DNA of 64,000 nucleotides from an uncultured Defluviitaleaceae bacterium (GCA_964533945.1 CAZHPA010000002.1:68997-132996); one strand, 5' to 3'. Counted from the stretch's first letter, positions 19,108-29,720 are shown. The notes: a model not told the origin generated them from the sequence alone. Program-made: numbers and translations.

Positions 19108-19764
19108 CTACATTTTAACATGGCTTTTTTCTGTTGTCAAGTTTTTGTTTATGTTTTTATTAACTAATATTTTTAAAACTTTGCGGCGCACTCTTTGAAG
19201 TGCGTTGTCAATAGATTTTTCATCTTTTCTAATTCGTTTTGCAATTTCAGCATAACTTATGCCTTGCAAATACAATAAAAGTACACGCCGTTCAAGTTCG
19301 CTTAAAGATTTGCCTATATAGGATTCAATATAGCTTTTTTCTTCGCGGTTAATAAAGAGTTCTTCAGGGTTTGTAATTTTTCTTTCAGCTAAAACGTCCA
19401 AAAATGTATTACCAACTTCATCATCAAAAAAAGGTTTATTTAGCGAAACATAAGAATTAAGGGGTATGTGTTTTTGGCGTGTTGCGGCTTTTATAGCAGT
19501 TATAATTTGACGTGTTATACAAAGTTCGGCGAAAACGCCAAACGAAACAAGCTTATCGGGCTTATAGTCACGAATGGCTTTAAACAGCCCAATCATGCCC
19601 TCTTGAACAATGTCTTCTTTGTCTGCTCCAATAATGAAATATGGACGTGCTTTTACTTTAACTAAATCTTTATATTTGTTAATTATGTAGTCTTGTGCAA
19701 GTTTATCATTTGAATTAATTAGTTTTAAAACATCTTCATCGGATAGAGTTAAATATTTGCACAT
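19108..19764 (-). CDS. sigH: RNA polymerase sigma factor SigH (Spo0H)
   Basis: Has DYIINKYKDLVKVKARPYFIIGADKEDIVQEGMIGLFKAIRDY and sits in the conserved position after yacP. ATG at 19764 is preferred over the track GTG at 19773, which overlaps the GGGGTG Shine-Dalgarno. Confidence 0.85.
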   Translation of the reverse strand: MCKYLTLSDEDVLKLINSNDKLAQDYIINKYKDLVKVKARPYFIIGADKEDIVQEGMIGLFKAIRDYKPDKLVSFGVFAELCITRQIITAIKAATRQKHIPLNSYVSLNKPFFDDEVGNTFLDVLAERKITNPEELFINREEKSYIESYIGKSLSELERRVLLLYLQGISYAEIAKRIRKDEKSIDNALQRVRRKVLKILVNKNINKNLTTEKSHVKM

Positions 19765-19787
19765 AAAAGTCACCCCATTTTTTTATT

Positions 19788-20312
19788 TCAAATTTTGCCT
19801 GTTCTCATACGCTCAAGCAGTTCGGCTGTTTTTTTATCAACATTATTAATTAGGAGATTGTTTTTGCATGGCTTGTTTTCTATGTATTTCTCCCTTAGCT
19901 GCTTTTTAGTAGCATCAACACGAATTGCAAGCTCCCTTGCTGAAATTCTATATGCCCCTTTGCTTAAAATTATAAGTTGTTCCAAACAATCAGATGTTGC
20001 AACTTCAACAATATTAGTTTTTGCAAGATTAAAAGACGCACGCTCAATGTAATTGTCCGCCGTTTCAGCCTCTTTTGTATATACAATTTTTAATTTGCCA
20101 TAGCTTTCAACTTTGCCTATGCTGCCTTTAACTTTATGTGCATCAAAAACAACAACAACTTCTAAACCCGTTGAACCTTGATAATCGGATAGTATTTGCA
20201 AGAATTTAACTCTTGCATCTTCCAAATTGTCTTCGGCAATAGCTTTTAGCTTGTCCCATGCGAATATTATGTTGTATCCATCAACAAGCAAATATTCCTT
20301 CCGTCTACCCAA
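19788..20312 (-). CDS. NYN-domain ribonuclease YacP/Rae1 family
   Basis: 174 aa. Has EYLLVDGYNIIFAW and conserved synteny between rlmB and sigH. Confidence 0.8.
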   Translation of the reverse strand: MGRRKEYLLVDGYNIIFAWDKLKAIAEDNLEDARVKFLQILSDYQGSTGLEVVVVFDAHKVKGSIGKVESYGKLKIVYTKEAETADNYIERASFNLAKTNIVEVATSDCLEQLIILSKGAYRISARELAIRVDATKKQLREKYIENKPCKNNLLINNVDKKTAELLERMRTGKI

Positions 20313-20363
20313 AGCTAATCACCATATTTCTCTAAACAAAGCTTTTTTTATTTTATTTTTATA

Positions 20364-21086
20364 CTAAGATTTATTTTTAGTTATTTGGTACATTAAAATT
20401 CCGGCAGCAACAGAAACATTAAGCGAAGATATTTTGCCAAACATAGGAATGCTCACTATAAAATCGCTTTTTTCTTTAACAAGTCTTGAAACTCCAAAGC
20501 CTTCGTTACCAAGCACTAATGCCAATGCGCAATTAAGGCTTGCACTATAAACGGCTTCGCCAGAAGCATCTGCACAGGCAATCCATAAGCCTTGTTTTTT
20601 TAAATAGTCGATTGTAGTTGAAATATTTGTTACTTTTGCAACCAAAACGTGTTCGGTTGCGCCGGCAGATGTTTTAATAACGGTTTCTGTTAAAGAAGCC
20701 GAACGCCTTTTAGAAATTATAATTCCATGAACCGAAAAGGCTTCCGCCGTTCTAATTATTGCGCCTAAATTGTGGGGGTCCATTATTTCGTCTAATATTA
20801 AAATAAATGGTTGCTCCCCTTTTTCTTTTGCACTTTGCAAAATATCTTCAACTTCAACGTACTTAGAAGCAGGGCAAATAGCAATTACTCCTTGATGATT
20901 TAGTCCTTCGGCTAAAAGCTCTAACTTTTGTTTTGCCGTTTTTTGAACAACGATTCCTTGCTCTTTTGCTTTTGCAACTATAACTTTAAGTGTTCCTTCT
21001 ATTTCATCTGTTTTAATTAACAGCTTGTCTATTTCTTTGTTGTTATTTAAAGCTTCTAAAACGGCTTTTCGTCCGATTATATACAT
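20364..21086 (-). CDS. rlmB: 23S rRNA (guanosine-2'-O-)-methyltransferase RlmB (SpoU/TrmH family)
   Basis: 240 aa. Has DEIMDPHNLGAIIRTAEAF, LVLGNEGFGV and SLNVSVAAGI. Confidence 0.85.
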   Translation of the reverse strand: MYIIGRKAVLEALNNNKEIDKLLIKTDEIEGTLKVIVAKAKEQGIVVQKTAKQKLELLAEGLNHQGVIAICPASKYVEVEDILQSAKEKGEQPFILILDEIMDPHNLGAIIRTAEAFSVHGIIISKRRSASLTETVIKTSAGATEHVLVAKVTNISTTIDYLKKQGLWIACADASGEAVYSASLNCALALVLGNEGFGVSRLVKEKSDFIVSIPMFGKISSLNVSVAAGILMYQITKNKS

Positions 21087-21126
21087 AAATTTTCCCTTTC
21101 AATTTAAGGTCAAGTTTAGTTCAAAT

Positions 21127-21543
21127 TTAATTCAAGTTTTTCAGATTTAGGCAAATATCAAAAAGTTCCAAAATGCGCTCGTTTTTGCCTTTTAAAAACA
21201 AATATCCAAACAATGCCTCAAGCCCCGTTGCGTGCCTGTAATCTAAGACAGAGGCATTTTTTGAAGATGTATATGACTTTGCATTTCTTCCCCACTTTAA
21301 AATTGCAGTTTCTTCATCACTTAAATAGTCAAGCAGCTTAAAATACATTTTAGCTTGAGCAGCGGCGTTAACTATAGATTTTGAATTTTTGTGCATATTA
21401 TTTACTGATGTTTTGCCTTTATTTAAAACATATGTTCTAACTAAAAGTTCAAAAACAGCATCACCCAAATATGCTAAACCAAGTGGGGAATAATCAGTAT
21501 CTTTAGTTATACTATTCTTTAATGCATTTAAAAATTCATTCAT
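21127..21543 (-). CDS. mrnC: Mini-ribonuclease 3
   Basis: 138 aa. Has LAYLGDAVFELLVR. Overlaps the cysS stop by 4 nt. Confidence 0.85.
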   Translation of the reverse strand: MNEFLNALKNSITKDTDYSPLGLAYLGDAVFELLVRTYVLNKGKTSVNNMHKNSKSIVNAAAQAKMYFKLLDYLSDEETAILKWGRNAKSYTSSKNASVLDYRHATGLEALFGYLFLKGKNERILELFDICLNLKNLN

Positions 21544-22949
21544 TTAACTACTTTCCACCTAACGCCGCTTCTTGTATCTTCCAAAACAACGTTTAATGCA
21601 CTTAATTTTTCTCTAATTTGGTCGGCGGTTTTATAGTCTTTGTTTTCCTTAGCAATCTTCCTTTGCTCAATTAAAGCTTCAACTTCTGCTTCAAAGTTTG
21701 ATTCAATTGTATTTTCTGCTTTTAAAGCAATCCCTAAAATATCGCAAAGAGCAACAATTTTATCATGTATTGCTTTAACAAAAGGAATAGATGAACTTTG
21801 CGTTGCGTTAATATTAGCAAATTTAACAAATTCAAAAATTGCTGTAACAGCATCGGCAGTGTTAAAGTCGTCATCCATGCTTTGTTCAAATTGAGTTTTA
21901 AATTTATCACATTCATTTAAAAGTATTGTTTCTGAACTGTGAATATTTTGCTCTTTTAAATTATCCATTAGAAACTGTAAATCAAAAATGCAATTTTTAA
22001 TACGATTAAGGCTATTTTCAGCAGACTGCATTAATTCTTCGCTAAAATTAAGAGGGTTTCTGTAGTGAGCTGAAAGCATAAAAAATCTAATAACGCTATG
22101 GTCAAATTTTTCGGCAATTTCACGCAATGTAAAAAAGTTTCCTGTAGATTTAGACATTTTTTTATTGTCAACATTTATAAATCCGTTATGAAGCCAATAT
22201 TTAGCAAATGGTTTACCATTTGCAGCTTCGCTTTGTGCAATTTCATTTTCATGATGAGGAAAAATTAAATCTTCTCCACCAGCATGAATATCTATTGAAT
22301 CGCCTAAATATTTTTTTGCCATAGCAGAGCATTCAATATGCCAGCCGGGTCTTCCTTCTCCCCAAGGAGAACTCCATTTAGGCTCATTTTGTTTTGCAGG
22401 CTTCCAAAGTACAAAATCCATTGGGTTTTGCTTTTCAGAATCAACGGCAATTCTAATGCCAACTTCCAGTTCATCTATATTTTTTTTGGAAAGTTTGCCG
22501 TAATGTTCAAATTTTTCTGTATTAAAATATACTGTTCCATTTTTTTCATAGGCAAAGCCTTTATCTATTAATATTTTAACCATATTAATAATTTCATCTA
22601 TTTCTTCCGTAACACGAGGGTTTTTTGTTGCTTCCTTAATGTTTAAATTTTTTGCATCAAGCTTAGTTTCTTCTATATATTTGTTCGCTATTGCTTCCAT
22701 AGTTGAATTTTCTTCATTTGCACGTTTAATTATTTTGTCATCAACATCTGTGAAATTTTGAACATAATTAACATTGTAACCTTTATATTCTAAATATCTT
22801 CTTATTGTATCAAAAATAATATATGGACGTGCATTTCCTATGTGAATATAATTATAGACCGTTGGGCCACATACATACATAGTAACGTTATTTTCAACTA
22901 ACGGAACAAATTGCTCTTTTTTTCTTGAAAGTGTATTGTATAATTTCAT
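21540..22949 (-). CDS. cysS: Cysteine--tRNA ligase
   Basis: 469 aa. HIGN and KMSKS motifs present ([21 protein letters not shown]). Confidence 0.93.
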   Translation of the reverse strand: MKLYNTLSRKKEQFVPLVENNVTMYVCGPTVYNYIHIGNARPYIIFDTIRRYLEYKGYNVNYVQNFTDVDDKIIKRANEENSTMEAIANKYIEETKLDAKNLNIKEATKNPRVTEEIDEIINMVKILIDKGFAYEKNGTVYFNTEKFEHYGKLSKKNIDELEVGIRIAVDSEKQNPMDFVLWKPAKQNEPKWSSPWGEGRPGWHIECSAMAKKYLGDSIDIHAGGEDLIFPHHENEIAQSEAANGKPFAKYWLHNGFINVDNKKMSKSTGNFFTLREIAEKFDHSVIRFFMLSAHYRNPLNFSEELMQSAENSLNRIKNCIFDLQFLMDNLKEQNIHSSETILLNECDKFKTQFEQSMDDDFNTADAVTAIFEFVKFANINATQSSSIPFVKAIHDKIVALCDILGIALKAENTIESNFEAEVEALIEQRKIAKENKDYKTADQIREKLSALNVVLEDTRSGVRWKVVK

Positions 22950-23578
22950 TTTTTGGCTCCTTCAATTTTTCTTTCCAATTCTTCTATTTTTACTCTAAGT
23001 TTGCATATTTCCATACTTACAGGGTCTGGAAAACGAACTTGGTCTAAAATATCTGGGGAATTTTCATTAGCTATTTTCCTAGCAACAATTCTGCCGGGTA
23101 TACCAACGACTGTTGAATTTTCAGGCACGCTTTGCAAAACAACAGAACCTGCACCAATACGGCAATTATCGCCTATTTCTAAAGGGCCTAAAACTTTAAC
23201 CCCGGAACCAATCATAACATTATTTCCAATTGTCGGGTGACGTTTACCTTGGTCTTTGCCCGTTCCACCTAATGTTACCCCTTGGTATATTAAAACATCA
23301 TCTCCCAATTCAGCGGTTTCCCCTATAACAACGCCCATTCCGTGGTCTATAAACAGCCTTTTCCCTATTTTGGCTCCGGGGTGTATTTCTATTCCTGTTA
23401 TTAAACGTGAAAACTGAGAAATTAGTCTTGATAGAAAGAATAACTTGTTTTCATATAAAAAATGAGCTGCTTTATGCAAAGAAACAGCCCAAAACGAAGG
23501 ATATAATATTACTTCAAGGCTGCTTTTAATTGCCGGGTCGCGCCGCTTAATTGTTTCTATAGTTTCTTTAAAAAACAT
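22946..23578 (-). CDS. cysE: Serine O-acetyltransferase
   Basis: 210 aa. Has [41 protein letters not shown]. Confidence 0.88.
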   Translation of the reverse strand: MFFKETIETIKRRDPAIKSSLEVILYPSFWAVSLHKAAHFLYENKLFFLSRLISQFSRLITGIEIHPGAKIGKRLFIDHGMGVVIGETAELGDDVLIYQGVTLGGTGKDQGKRHPTIGNNVMIGSGVKVLGPLEIGDNCRIGAGSVVLQSVPENSTVVGIPGRIVARKIANENSPDILDQVRFPDPVSMEICKLRVKIEELERKIEGAKK

Positions 23579-23610
23579 TTTTGCTACCTTCCAATCTTTA
23601 TGCTTTACAT

Positions 23611-24099
23611 TTACGTATTTTTTTCAAGCAGACAAACCGCTTTTGCCGAAATGCCAAGTTCAGAACCTGTAAACCCCAAACCTTCTTCTGTTGTTGCTTT
23701 AACACTTACGCAATCATTAGGCACATTAAGACAACTTGCTATGTTTTCTGCCATCATATTAATATATGGTGCAAGCTTAGGTTTTTGTGCAACAATTACA
23801 GAATCAACGTTAACAACAGAATATCCATTTTCATCTAAAACAACTTTAACTTTTTTAAGAAGCTTTAAGCTGCTAATATCTTTAAACTGTTCGCTTGTGT
23901 CAGGAAAAAGCTTTCCAATATCGCCTTTTGCCATAGCTCCTAACAAAGCGTCCATAATTGCATGAATTAAAACATCGGCATCAGAATGACCTAAAAGCCC
24001 TTTTTCAAAAGGAATTAAAACTCCACCTAAAGTTAATTTGCGGTTTTCAACTAATTTGTGTACATCGTATCCTATTCCAATTCTTTGAATATTAAACAC
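23611..24099 (-). CDS. ispF: 2-C-methyl-D-erythritol 2,4-cyclodiphosphate synthase
   Basis: Has [11 protein letters not shown]...[19 protein letters not shown]. The exact start is uncertain because the track GTG directly abuts the G-rich Shine-Dalgarno. Confidence 0.88.
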   Translation of the reverse strand: MFNIQRIGIGYDVHKLVENRKLTLGGVLIPFEKGLLGHSDADVLIHAIMDALLGAMAKGDIGKLFPDTSEQFKDISSLKLLKKVKVVLDENGYSVVNVDSVIVAQKPKLAPYINMMAENIASCLNVPNDCVSVKATTEEGLGFTGSELGISAKAVCLLEKNT

Positions 24100-24148
24100 C
24101 CCCTGTTTAACTGCTTGCTAAATATAAGGCAAATTAATTATGAAATAG

Positions 24149-24195
24149 AAAAAACTGCTATATAATCTTTTATAAAGACTACACGGCAGTTTTTT
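24149..24195 (-). terminator. Hairpin terminator downstream of the tRNA-Pro/tRNA-Met pair
   Basis: AAAAACTGC...GCAGTTTTT outer stem with an imperfect inner stem, T-run on the minus strand. Confidence 0.4.
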
Positions 24196-24221
24196 GCCAA
24201 GTTGCTCTTATTAAGCGATAA

Positions 24222-24295
24222 TAGCGGCGGACGGACTTGAACCGCCGACCGTTCGGGTATGAACCGAATGCTCTAGCCAACTGAGCTACGCCGCC
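24222..24295 (-). tRNA. tRNA-Met (anticodon CAT), elongator-like; Ile2 identity not excluded
   Basis: Folded by hand as GGCGGCG-TA-GCTC..GAGC-A-TTCGG-TTCATAC-CCGAA... It lacks the initiator-type C1-A72 mismatch and the three G-C pairs in the anticodon stem. Confidence 0.8.
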
Positions 24296-24335
24296 TTATT
24301 GAAAAGTATTTTAAAACATTTTATATAACGTTAAA

Positions 24336-24409
24336 TCTGGGTGACAAGATTTGAACTTGCGACCTCTAGACCCCCAGTCTAGCGCGCTACCAAGCTACGC
24401 CACACCCAG
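24336..24409 (-). tRNA. tRNA-Pro (anticodon GGG)
   Basis: Folded by hand with anticodon arm CTAGA-CTGGGGG-TCTAG and G37. Confidence 0.85.
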
Positions 24410-24465
24410 ACACTAAGAGTCATGTTAAGTGTTTAAAACTATAAGCTAAACTTGCCATGTATTGC

Positions 24466-24494
24466 ATTTTAGCAGAAACGTAATTGCTTGTCAA
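24466..24494 (-). promoter_or_regulatory. Sigma-A promoter for the tRNA-Pro/tRNA-Met transcription unit
   Basis: The minus strand reads TTGACA, 17 nt, TAAAAT, about 55 nt upstream of tRNA-Pro. Confidence 0.55.
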
Positions 24495-24682
24495 TAGTTT
24501 TTTTGAAATAAATTTTAAATTTTAGCGTTGTTTTGTTTAGTTTTAACATAAGGGTGCTATTAAGTTAGGCCTAAGTTAATAATTGTAATTAAGTGGGTTT
24601 TATAGTATTTTAGGGAAAATATTATTATTTTACATTTTAATGTATTATCCAAAATAGAAATTTATATAATTGGAAGTAACTT

Positions 24683-25048
24683 ATGATTACAAGGATACAA
24701 ACAAATTGTGGTGATGACACTTGTTCATCTTGCGTTATTGCTGGTGACTTTATCTTTTTGGCACATCACGGTGGTGGGCACGACAAAAAAGAGATTGTTC
24801 ACCAAGTAAGAGCTACGTTTGAAAGTATGAAGAAAACACTAGAAAACGTTGGTGCGACACTTGACGATGTAGTGCAACTAAATTTTTATATTAAAAATGT
24901 TGAAGATTTCCGCAAAGGTGCAGATGCATTTAGTGAGTATTTCAAGAGCGGTGCTCCTGCGAGAATGACAGTTGTGACAGAATTTATAGGAGAAAACTGT
25001 TTATGCCAAATGAACGCAATTGCATATAAGCCTAACCACACCAGTTGA
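24683..25048 (+). CDS. RidA/YjgF/L-PSP family protein
   Basis: 121 aa with a family-like C-terminal pattern (VQLNFYIKNVEDF...PARMTVVTEFI....C.MNAIAYK). Confidence 0.65.
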   Translation: MITRIQTNCGDDTCSSCVIAGDFIFLAHHGGGHDKKEIVHQVRATFESMKKTLENVGATLDDVVQLNFYIKNVEDFRKGADAFSEYFKSGAPARMTVVTEFIGENCLCQMNAIAYKPNHTS

Positions 25049-25171
25049 GTATAACATTTGTATTGAACTAAGTAATTATAATATAATAAATAAAACAATC
25101 ACGAAAAACAGCCCCCTTGAAAATCTTGGTGGCTGTTCTTGCTGAAAAATGTCTTTAGTCCCGACTTGATA

Positions 25172-25200
25172 TTGACAGTATAATGATAAAAATGTATAAT
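25172..25200 (+). promoter_or_regulatory. Consensus sigma-A promoter upstream of the dockerin/cohesin gene pair
   Basis: Exact TTGACA (25172-25177), 17 nt, TATAAT (25195-25200). This implies a leader of ~145 nt before the ATG at 25354. Confidence 0.6.
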
Positions 25201-25353
25201 AATTTTTAAAGCATACATGCGTTTATATTATTTGTTAATAACTAAATTTGCAATCTAAGTTTTTTTAGGGGGGCGAAATCAAACAGATTAAAAACTTTAG
25301 CTTTCATTTTTTTGTGCATGAAAAGTATTAAAAATAAAGGAAGGTGCTAATTA

Positions 25354-25896
25354 ATGTTAAAATCAATTAAAGCAATGTTTTCTTTAGCAGTTATTACAGC
25401 TGTAACTTTTTCAAGCTCTGTTGTTTCTTTTGGTTTAGAAATTAATTCTGTAGAAGCGGTTGGCGGTCAACAAGCTTCTGGTGATAAAATTAGCTCCAGC
25501 GTATATACTACTGAAGAAGGCTATATTATTACACAGCCAAAACTAACGGTTCAACAATTTTTGCAAAATGTTACTCCAAGTGGAAGAGTTACAGTTTATA
25601 AAGGCACAACACAACAAACAAATCAAACAACTATTGCAACTTCAATGGAAGCTAGGCTTTATGATGGCTCGAATGTTATTGACACTTTAACACTGGCTGT
25701 TTTAGGCGACACTAGCGGAAGCGGCACAGTTTCTTCTGGTGATGCATTAAGGGTTTTGCAACATACAACCAAAAAAATAACCTTAACACCAGTGCAACAA
25801 AAAGCAGCCGATGTTACAGGCAAAGACGGCGTTAGTTCATTCGATGCTCTCAATATATTGCAGTTTTCATCAGGAAGAATAACAGAATTTAAATAA
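25354..25896 (+). CDS. Small secreted protein with a C-terminal dockerin-like module
   Basis: 180 aa. Signal peptide, a ~90-aa N-terminal domain, then two dockerin-like segments (GDTSGSGTVSSGDALRVLQ and ADVTGKDGVSSFDALNILQ). The second loop departs from the canonical DxNxDGxxxxxD. Confidence 0.55.
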   Translation: MLKSIKAMFSLAVITAVTFSSSVVSFGLEINSVEAVGGQQASGDKISSSVYTTEEGYIITQPKLTVQQFLQNVTPSGRVTVYKGTTQQTNQTTIATSMEARLYDGSNVIDTLTLAVLGDTSGSGTVSSGDALRVLQHTTKKITLTPVQQKAADVTGKDGVSSFDALNILQFSSGRITEFK

Positions 25897-25913
25897 TTTA
25901 CAGAGGTGATAAG

Positions 25914-28900
25914 ATGACGAAATTTGTCAAAAAAATTATTGCGCTAACAATGATTTTGGCATTAACCGTTTGCAATTTAGTTATTGCTAATGCTGCCGGG
26001 GAATTAATTGCATACTATACAGTTTCAACCGTTTCCGGCAAACCGGGAGATACAGTCAAAGTTACCGTTACAATGAACACAACTGCAAAAGTTGCTGCTT
26101 GTGATTACGAGATGCTGTTTGATAATACAGAGCTTGAAATTATTTCAGCAACAACTCCTTATGAAGGTTTCGTTCAATTAAACCCTAATCAAGGAGAAGG
26201 GTATGTTAGGTTAGGTAGAGTAAATAACAACCCAGGAGATACAGGACAACACACTGTTATGGAAATAAATTTTAAAATTCTTAAAACAGGCGGGGAACCA
26301 TTTCTTCAATTTTCTGCAACAGGCGCAAGAGATATTACCAATAACGCATATGGTGACCCCGTTCAAACACAAGTTACACAAGGAAAAATTAATATAATTC
26401 AAGATGCTGCAACATACACAGTTTCAACTTCTGCAGGACTTCCAAATTCTACTGTTAACGTTAAAGTTAGCTTAGATACAAAAAGAAAAATTAAAACAGC
26501 TGATTATGAGTTTAAATATAATCCAGCAGAACTTGAACTTCTTGAACAACCAACTACTGATTTAACAGCTGGAATGTACACCATAACTGTTGACGAAGAA
26601 AACCTTGGAACAATTACAATGTCAACAGACAACTCAAATGGCGATACAGGAAAAATTGATATTTTAAAATTTAAATTTAAAGTATTAAAAGATTCAGGAG
26701 AATCTCCACTGCAATTTAAAGTAATTGATTGTGTTGATACATGGGTTCCGGTAGGAAATAAAATTCCAACATATGTAAACCCAGGCAAAGTAATTGTTTC
26801 TTCAAAAACACCAACAGCAGTAACTGTTACAAAACCTTCTAATATAATTTATGGTGAAACACTTGAAGACCCTGCTGCAACAGCAGCAATAACCGGTGCA
26901 GGAAACACATTCACTTATGCATATTCCGGAACAGCATTAGATGGAACACAATATACCGGAACAGATAAGCCAACTAAAGCAGGAACATATACAGTTACAG
27001 CAACATTGGTCAGTAATAGCCATGTTGGACAAGGTACCAAAACATTTTCAATCTCTCCAAAACTTGTTACATTAACAAAAGGAACTGTTGTTGTTGATTC
27101 TAAAGTTTATGATGGTAATGTTCAAGCTACAACAAGCGGTGAACTTGGAATTTCGGGCTTATTGGCAGAAGATACAGAAGTTAAAGCAGTAGCTACTTCG
27201 ATTGAATTTGCAAGCAAAAATGCCGGAACAGCAATTAATATGATTGCCAAAGGTTATTCCTTAACAGGAAATGGAAGCAAAAATTACACAGTTTCATCAG
27301 GCAACATTTCAAATTTAACAGGCGAAATTTCACCAAAAGCCGTAACATTAACAAAGGGAACTGTTGTTGTTTCTCCTAAAGTTTATGACGGTACTATTAC
27401 GGCTACAAAAACTGGCGAATTTGGAATTTCTGGCTTATTAGCACAAGACACAAAAGTTAGGGCTCAAGCTCTAGTTGAATTTGTAAGCAAAGATGCCGGA
27501 ACGGCAGTTAGTGTAATTGCTAAAAATTATTCATTAACTGGAGAAAACTACCAAAACTACACAATTGAATCAAACAACGTTTCAGGGTTAACAGGTGTAA
27601 TTTCTCAAAAACCTGTTACTTTATCAAAAGGAACTGTTGTTGTTGATTCTAAAGTTTATGATGGTAACGTTCAAGCTACAACAAGCGGCGAACTTGGAAT
27701 TTCAGGCTTATTGGCACAAGATACAGAAGTTAAAGCAGAAGCTTCTTCAATTGAGTTCGTAAGCAAAAATGCCGGTGCAACAATTAGCATGATTGCTAAA
27801 GACTATGCATTAACGGGAGTTGGCAGCCAAAACTACAAGCTTTCATCAGGCTCTATTTCAGGCTTAACAGGTGCTATTACCAAAAGACCAATCGAAGTAA
27901 AAATTGATGATGCTACAAAAGAATACGGCGAACCAAACCCAAGCTTTACATTTGCATTAACCGACCCAACACAATTGGTTGAAGGCGAAACAGTTCAAGG
28001 TCTTTTAATTAGATTAAGTTCTTTAGCAACTCCAGCATCGCCTGTTGGCTCAGAACATGCAATAACCGGTGCTTCTTCTAACTTAAACTACAACGTAACA
28101 TTTATAAATGGGTTATTGAAAGTAGTAAGCGCAACTAAAAAATATAGCGTTACTTTAACATCCGATAATGGAGGAAGAGCAGCCATAACAAGCAATGCAA
28201 CACAATATTATTATGGAGATACCGTTACAATAAAAGCAACTCCTAATGCGGGATATTACTTCTATAATTGGACAGTTACTTCAGGCAGTGTTACTATTGA
28301 TAAGCCTTCAAGCGCTGAAACTTCATTCAAAATGCCTGCAGGCAACGTTACAATTAAAGCTAACTTTAGACTATATAGCGAAAGCAGTAGTTCAAGTAGC
28401 AGCTCGAGCAGTAGTTCAAGCAGCAGTAGTTCATCAACACCATATATTCCGCCAACTTCTTCAGAACAAAAAACAACTCCTGCAGTTGTAAGTTCTAAAA
28501 CATCTGCAACGGTTAGCATTAAACCTACGGTTCAATTTGAAGGTATTGTTTCTGGCAAAGTTGACACTGCTTCCGTAAACAAACTTATAGAAGACGTTAA
28601 AAAGGCAGAAAAAGAAGGTACAGAAAAAACAATAGAAATTAAAGTTGAAAAATTACAAAATGTTAAATCATATACTACCGAAATGGCAAGCAGCGATTTT
28701 AAACGCATTGCAGAAAGCACAAAAGCAAGCGTTAAAATTGATACCGAACTTGCATATGTTGCATTAAATTCACATGCTGTTAGCAATGTTAGCAATTCAG
28801 CTAAAAGCGGAAATGTTGCCGTAACAATTGAAAAAGCTTTAGAAACTTATATTTCAGGAGCAGCAAAAGATGCTGTAGATAACAGACCTGTTATTAACAT

Positions 28901-29678
28901 TGTTCTTAAAGCAGGAGAAAATGGCATTTCAAATCTTGGTAAAAACGGAAAAGCCGAAATCGCTATTCCATATAAGCCAGCAGCAGGAGAAAATCTTAAT
29001 GCAATAGTTGTTTACCAAATTAATTCAAAAGGCGAAGCGCAAGTTATTAAAAATGCTAAATATAATTCGAAAATAGGTTGTGTAACATTTACCGTACCTC
29101 ATTTGTCAAAATTTGCTATAGGATATAATCCTATTGAATTTACAGATGTTTCAAAAGATTCAGGATATTATGATGCTGTTTCATTTGCAGCAGCAAGAGG
29201 CATAACTTCTGGAACTTCAGCTGAAACATTTAGCCCAATGCAAACATTAACAAGAGCCCAATTTGTTGTTCTTCTTATGAATGCATATAATATTGCGCCG
29301 GATGTTAGTCCTGAAAATAACTTTGAAGATGCAGGCGACGATTATTATACAGGCTATTTGTCAGCTGCAAAACGTTTAGGTATTTCGGCAGGTGTTGGCG
29401 ATAACATGTTTGCACCTAACAAAGAATTAACTAACCAAGAAATGTACACATTGTTATATAATGCGTTGAAAGCAATTAATGAGCTTCCAAAAGTAAAAGG
29501 CTCAAGAACGTTTGAATCGTACAAAGATGCAAGCGAAGTTGCCGATTGGGCAAAAACTGCAATTAGCACATTAGTTGAAACAAGAGTTGTTGGTATTGGT
29601 ATGGATACTATTAATCCAACAGGTGCAGCAACAAGGGCAAGAATGGTTCAAACTTTACACACTTTGCTTAATCTATAA
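25914..29678 (+). CDS. SLH-anchored cell-surface scaffoldin-like protein with two cohesin-like modules
   Basis: 1254 aa. Signal peptide, then cohesin-like modules at ~26001-26399 and ~26406-26798 (GKPGDTVKVTVTM...AACDYEMLFDNTELEI; GLPNSTVNVKVSL...ADYEFKYNPAELEL). YDG/MBG-like repeats occupy ~26811-28133, an InlB-B-repeat-like module ~28137-28370, and a poly-Ser tract 28377-28433. An unassigned segment follows, then three SLH motifs at ~29135-29675. Confidence 0.8.
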   Translation: MTKFVKKIIALTMILALTVCNLVIANAAGELIAYYTVSTVSGKPGDTVKVTVTMNTTAKVAACDYEMLFDNTELEIISATTPYEGFVQLNPNQGEGYVRLGRVNNNPGDTGQHTVMEINFKILKTGGEPFLQFSATGARDITNNAYGDPVQTQVTQGKINIIQDAATYTVSTSAGLPNSTVNVKVSLDTKRKIKTADYEFKYNPAELELLEQPTTDLTAGMYTITVDEENLGTITMSTDNSNGDTGKIDILKFKFKVLKDSGESPLQFKVIDCVDTWVPVGNKIPTYVNPGKVIVSSKTPTAVTVTKPSNIIYGETLEDPAATAAITGAGNTFTYAYSGTALDGTQYTGTDKPTKAGTYTVTATLVSNSHVGQGTKTFSISPKLVTLTKGTVVVDSKVYDGNVQATTSGELGISGLLAEDTEVKAVATSIEFASKNAGTAINMIAKGYSLTGNGSKNYTVSSGNISNLTGEISPKAVTLTKGTVVVSPKVYDGTITATKTGEFGISGLLAQDTKVRAQALVEFVSKDAGTAVSVIAKNYSLTGENYQNYTIESNNVSGLTGVISQKPVTLSKGTVVVDSKVYDGNVQATTSGELGISGLLAQDTEVKAEASSIEFVSKNAGATISMIAKDYALTGVGSQNYKLSSGSISGLTGAITKRPIEVKIDDATKEYGEPNPSFTFALTDPTQLVEGETVQGLLIRLSSLATPASPVGSEHAITGASSNLNYNVTFINGLLKVVSATKKYSVTLTSDNGGRAAITSNATQYYYGDTVTIKATPNAGYYFYNWTVTSGSVTIDKPSSAETSFKMPAGNVTIKANFRLYSESSSSSSSSSSSSSSSSSSTPYIPPTSSEQKTTPAVVSSKTSATVSIKPTVQFEGIVSGKVDTASVNKLIEDVKKAEKEGTEKTIEIKVEKLQNVKSYTTEMASSDFKRIAESTKASVKIDTELAYVALNSHAVSNVSNSAKSGNVAVTIEKALETYISGAAKDAVDNRPVINIVLKAGENGISNLGKNGKAEIAIPYKPAAGENLNAIVVYQINSKGEAQVIKNAKYNSKIGCVTFTVPHLSKFAIGYNPIEFTDVSKDSGYYDAVSFAAARGITSGTSAETFSPMQTLTRAQFVVLLMNAYNIAPDVSPENNFEDAGDDYYTGYLSAAKRLGISAGVGDNMFAPNKELTNQEMYTLLYNALKAINELPKVKGSRTFESYKDASEVADWAKTAISTLVETRVVGIGMDTINPTGAATRARMVQTLHTLLNL

Positions 29679-29684
29679 ACAAAT

Positions 29685-29720
29685 AAAAACAGTGCAGAAT
29701 AATTTTCTGCACTGTTTTTT
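29685..29720. terminator. Bidirectional intrinsic terminator
   Basis: Perfect 11-bp stem ACAGTGCAGAA/TTCTGCACTGT flanked by an A-run and a T-run, between convergent genes. Confidence 0.7.

Noticed and set aside
23579-23610. Expected T-box leader upstream of cysE-cysS, as in Bacillus
   Set aside because: Only 32 nt separate ispF from cysE, which is too short for a T-box. The genes appear co-transcribed.
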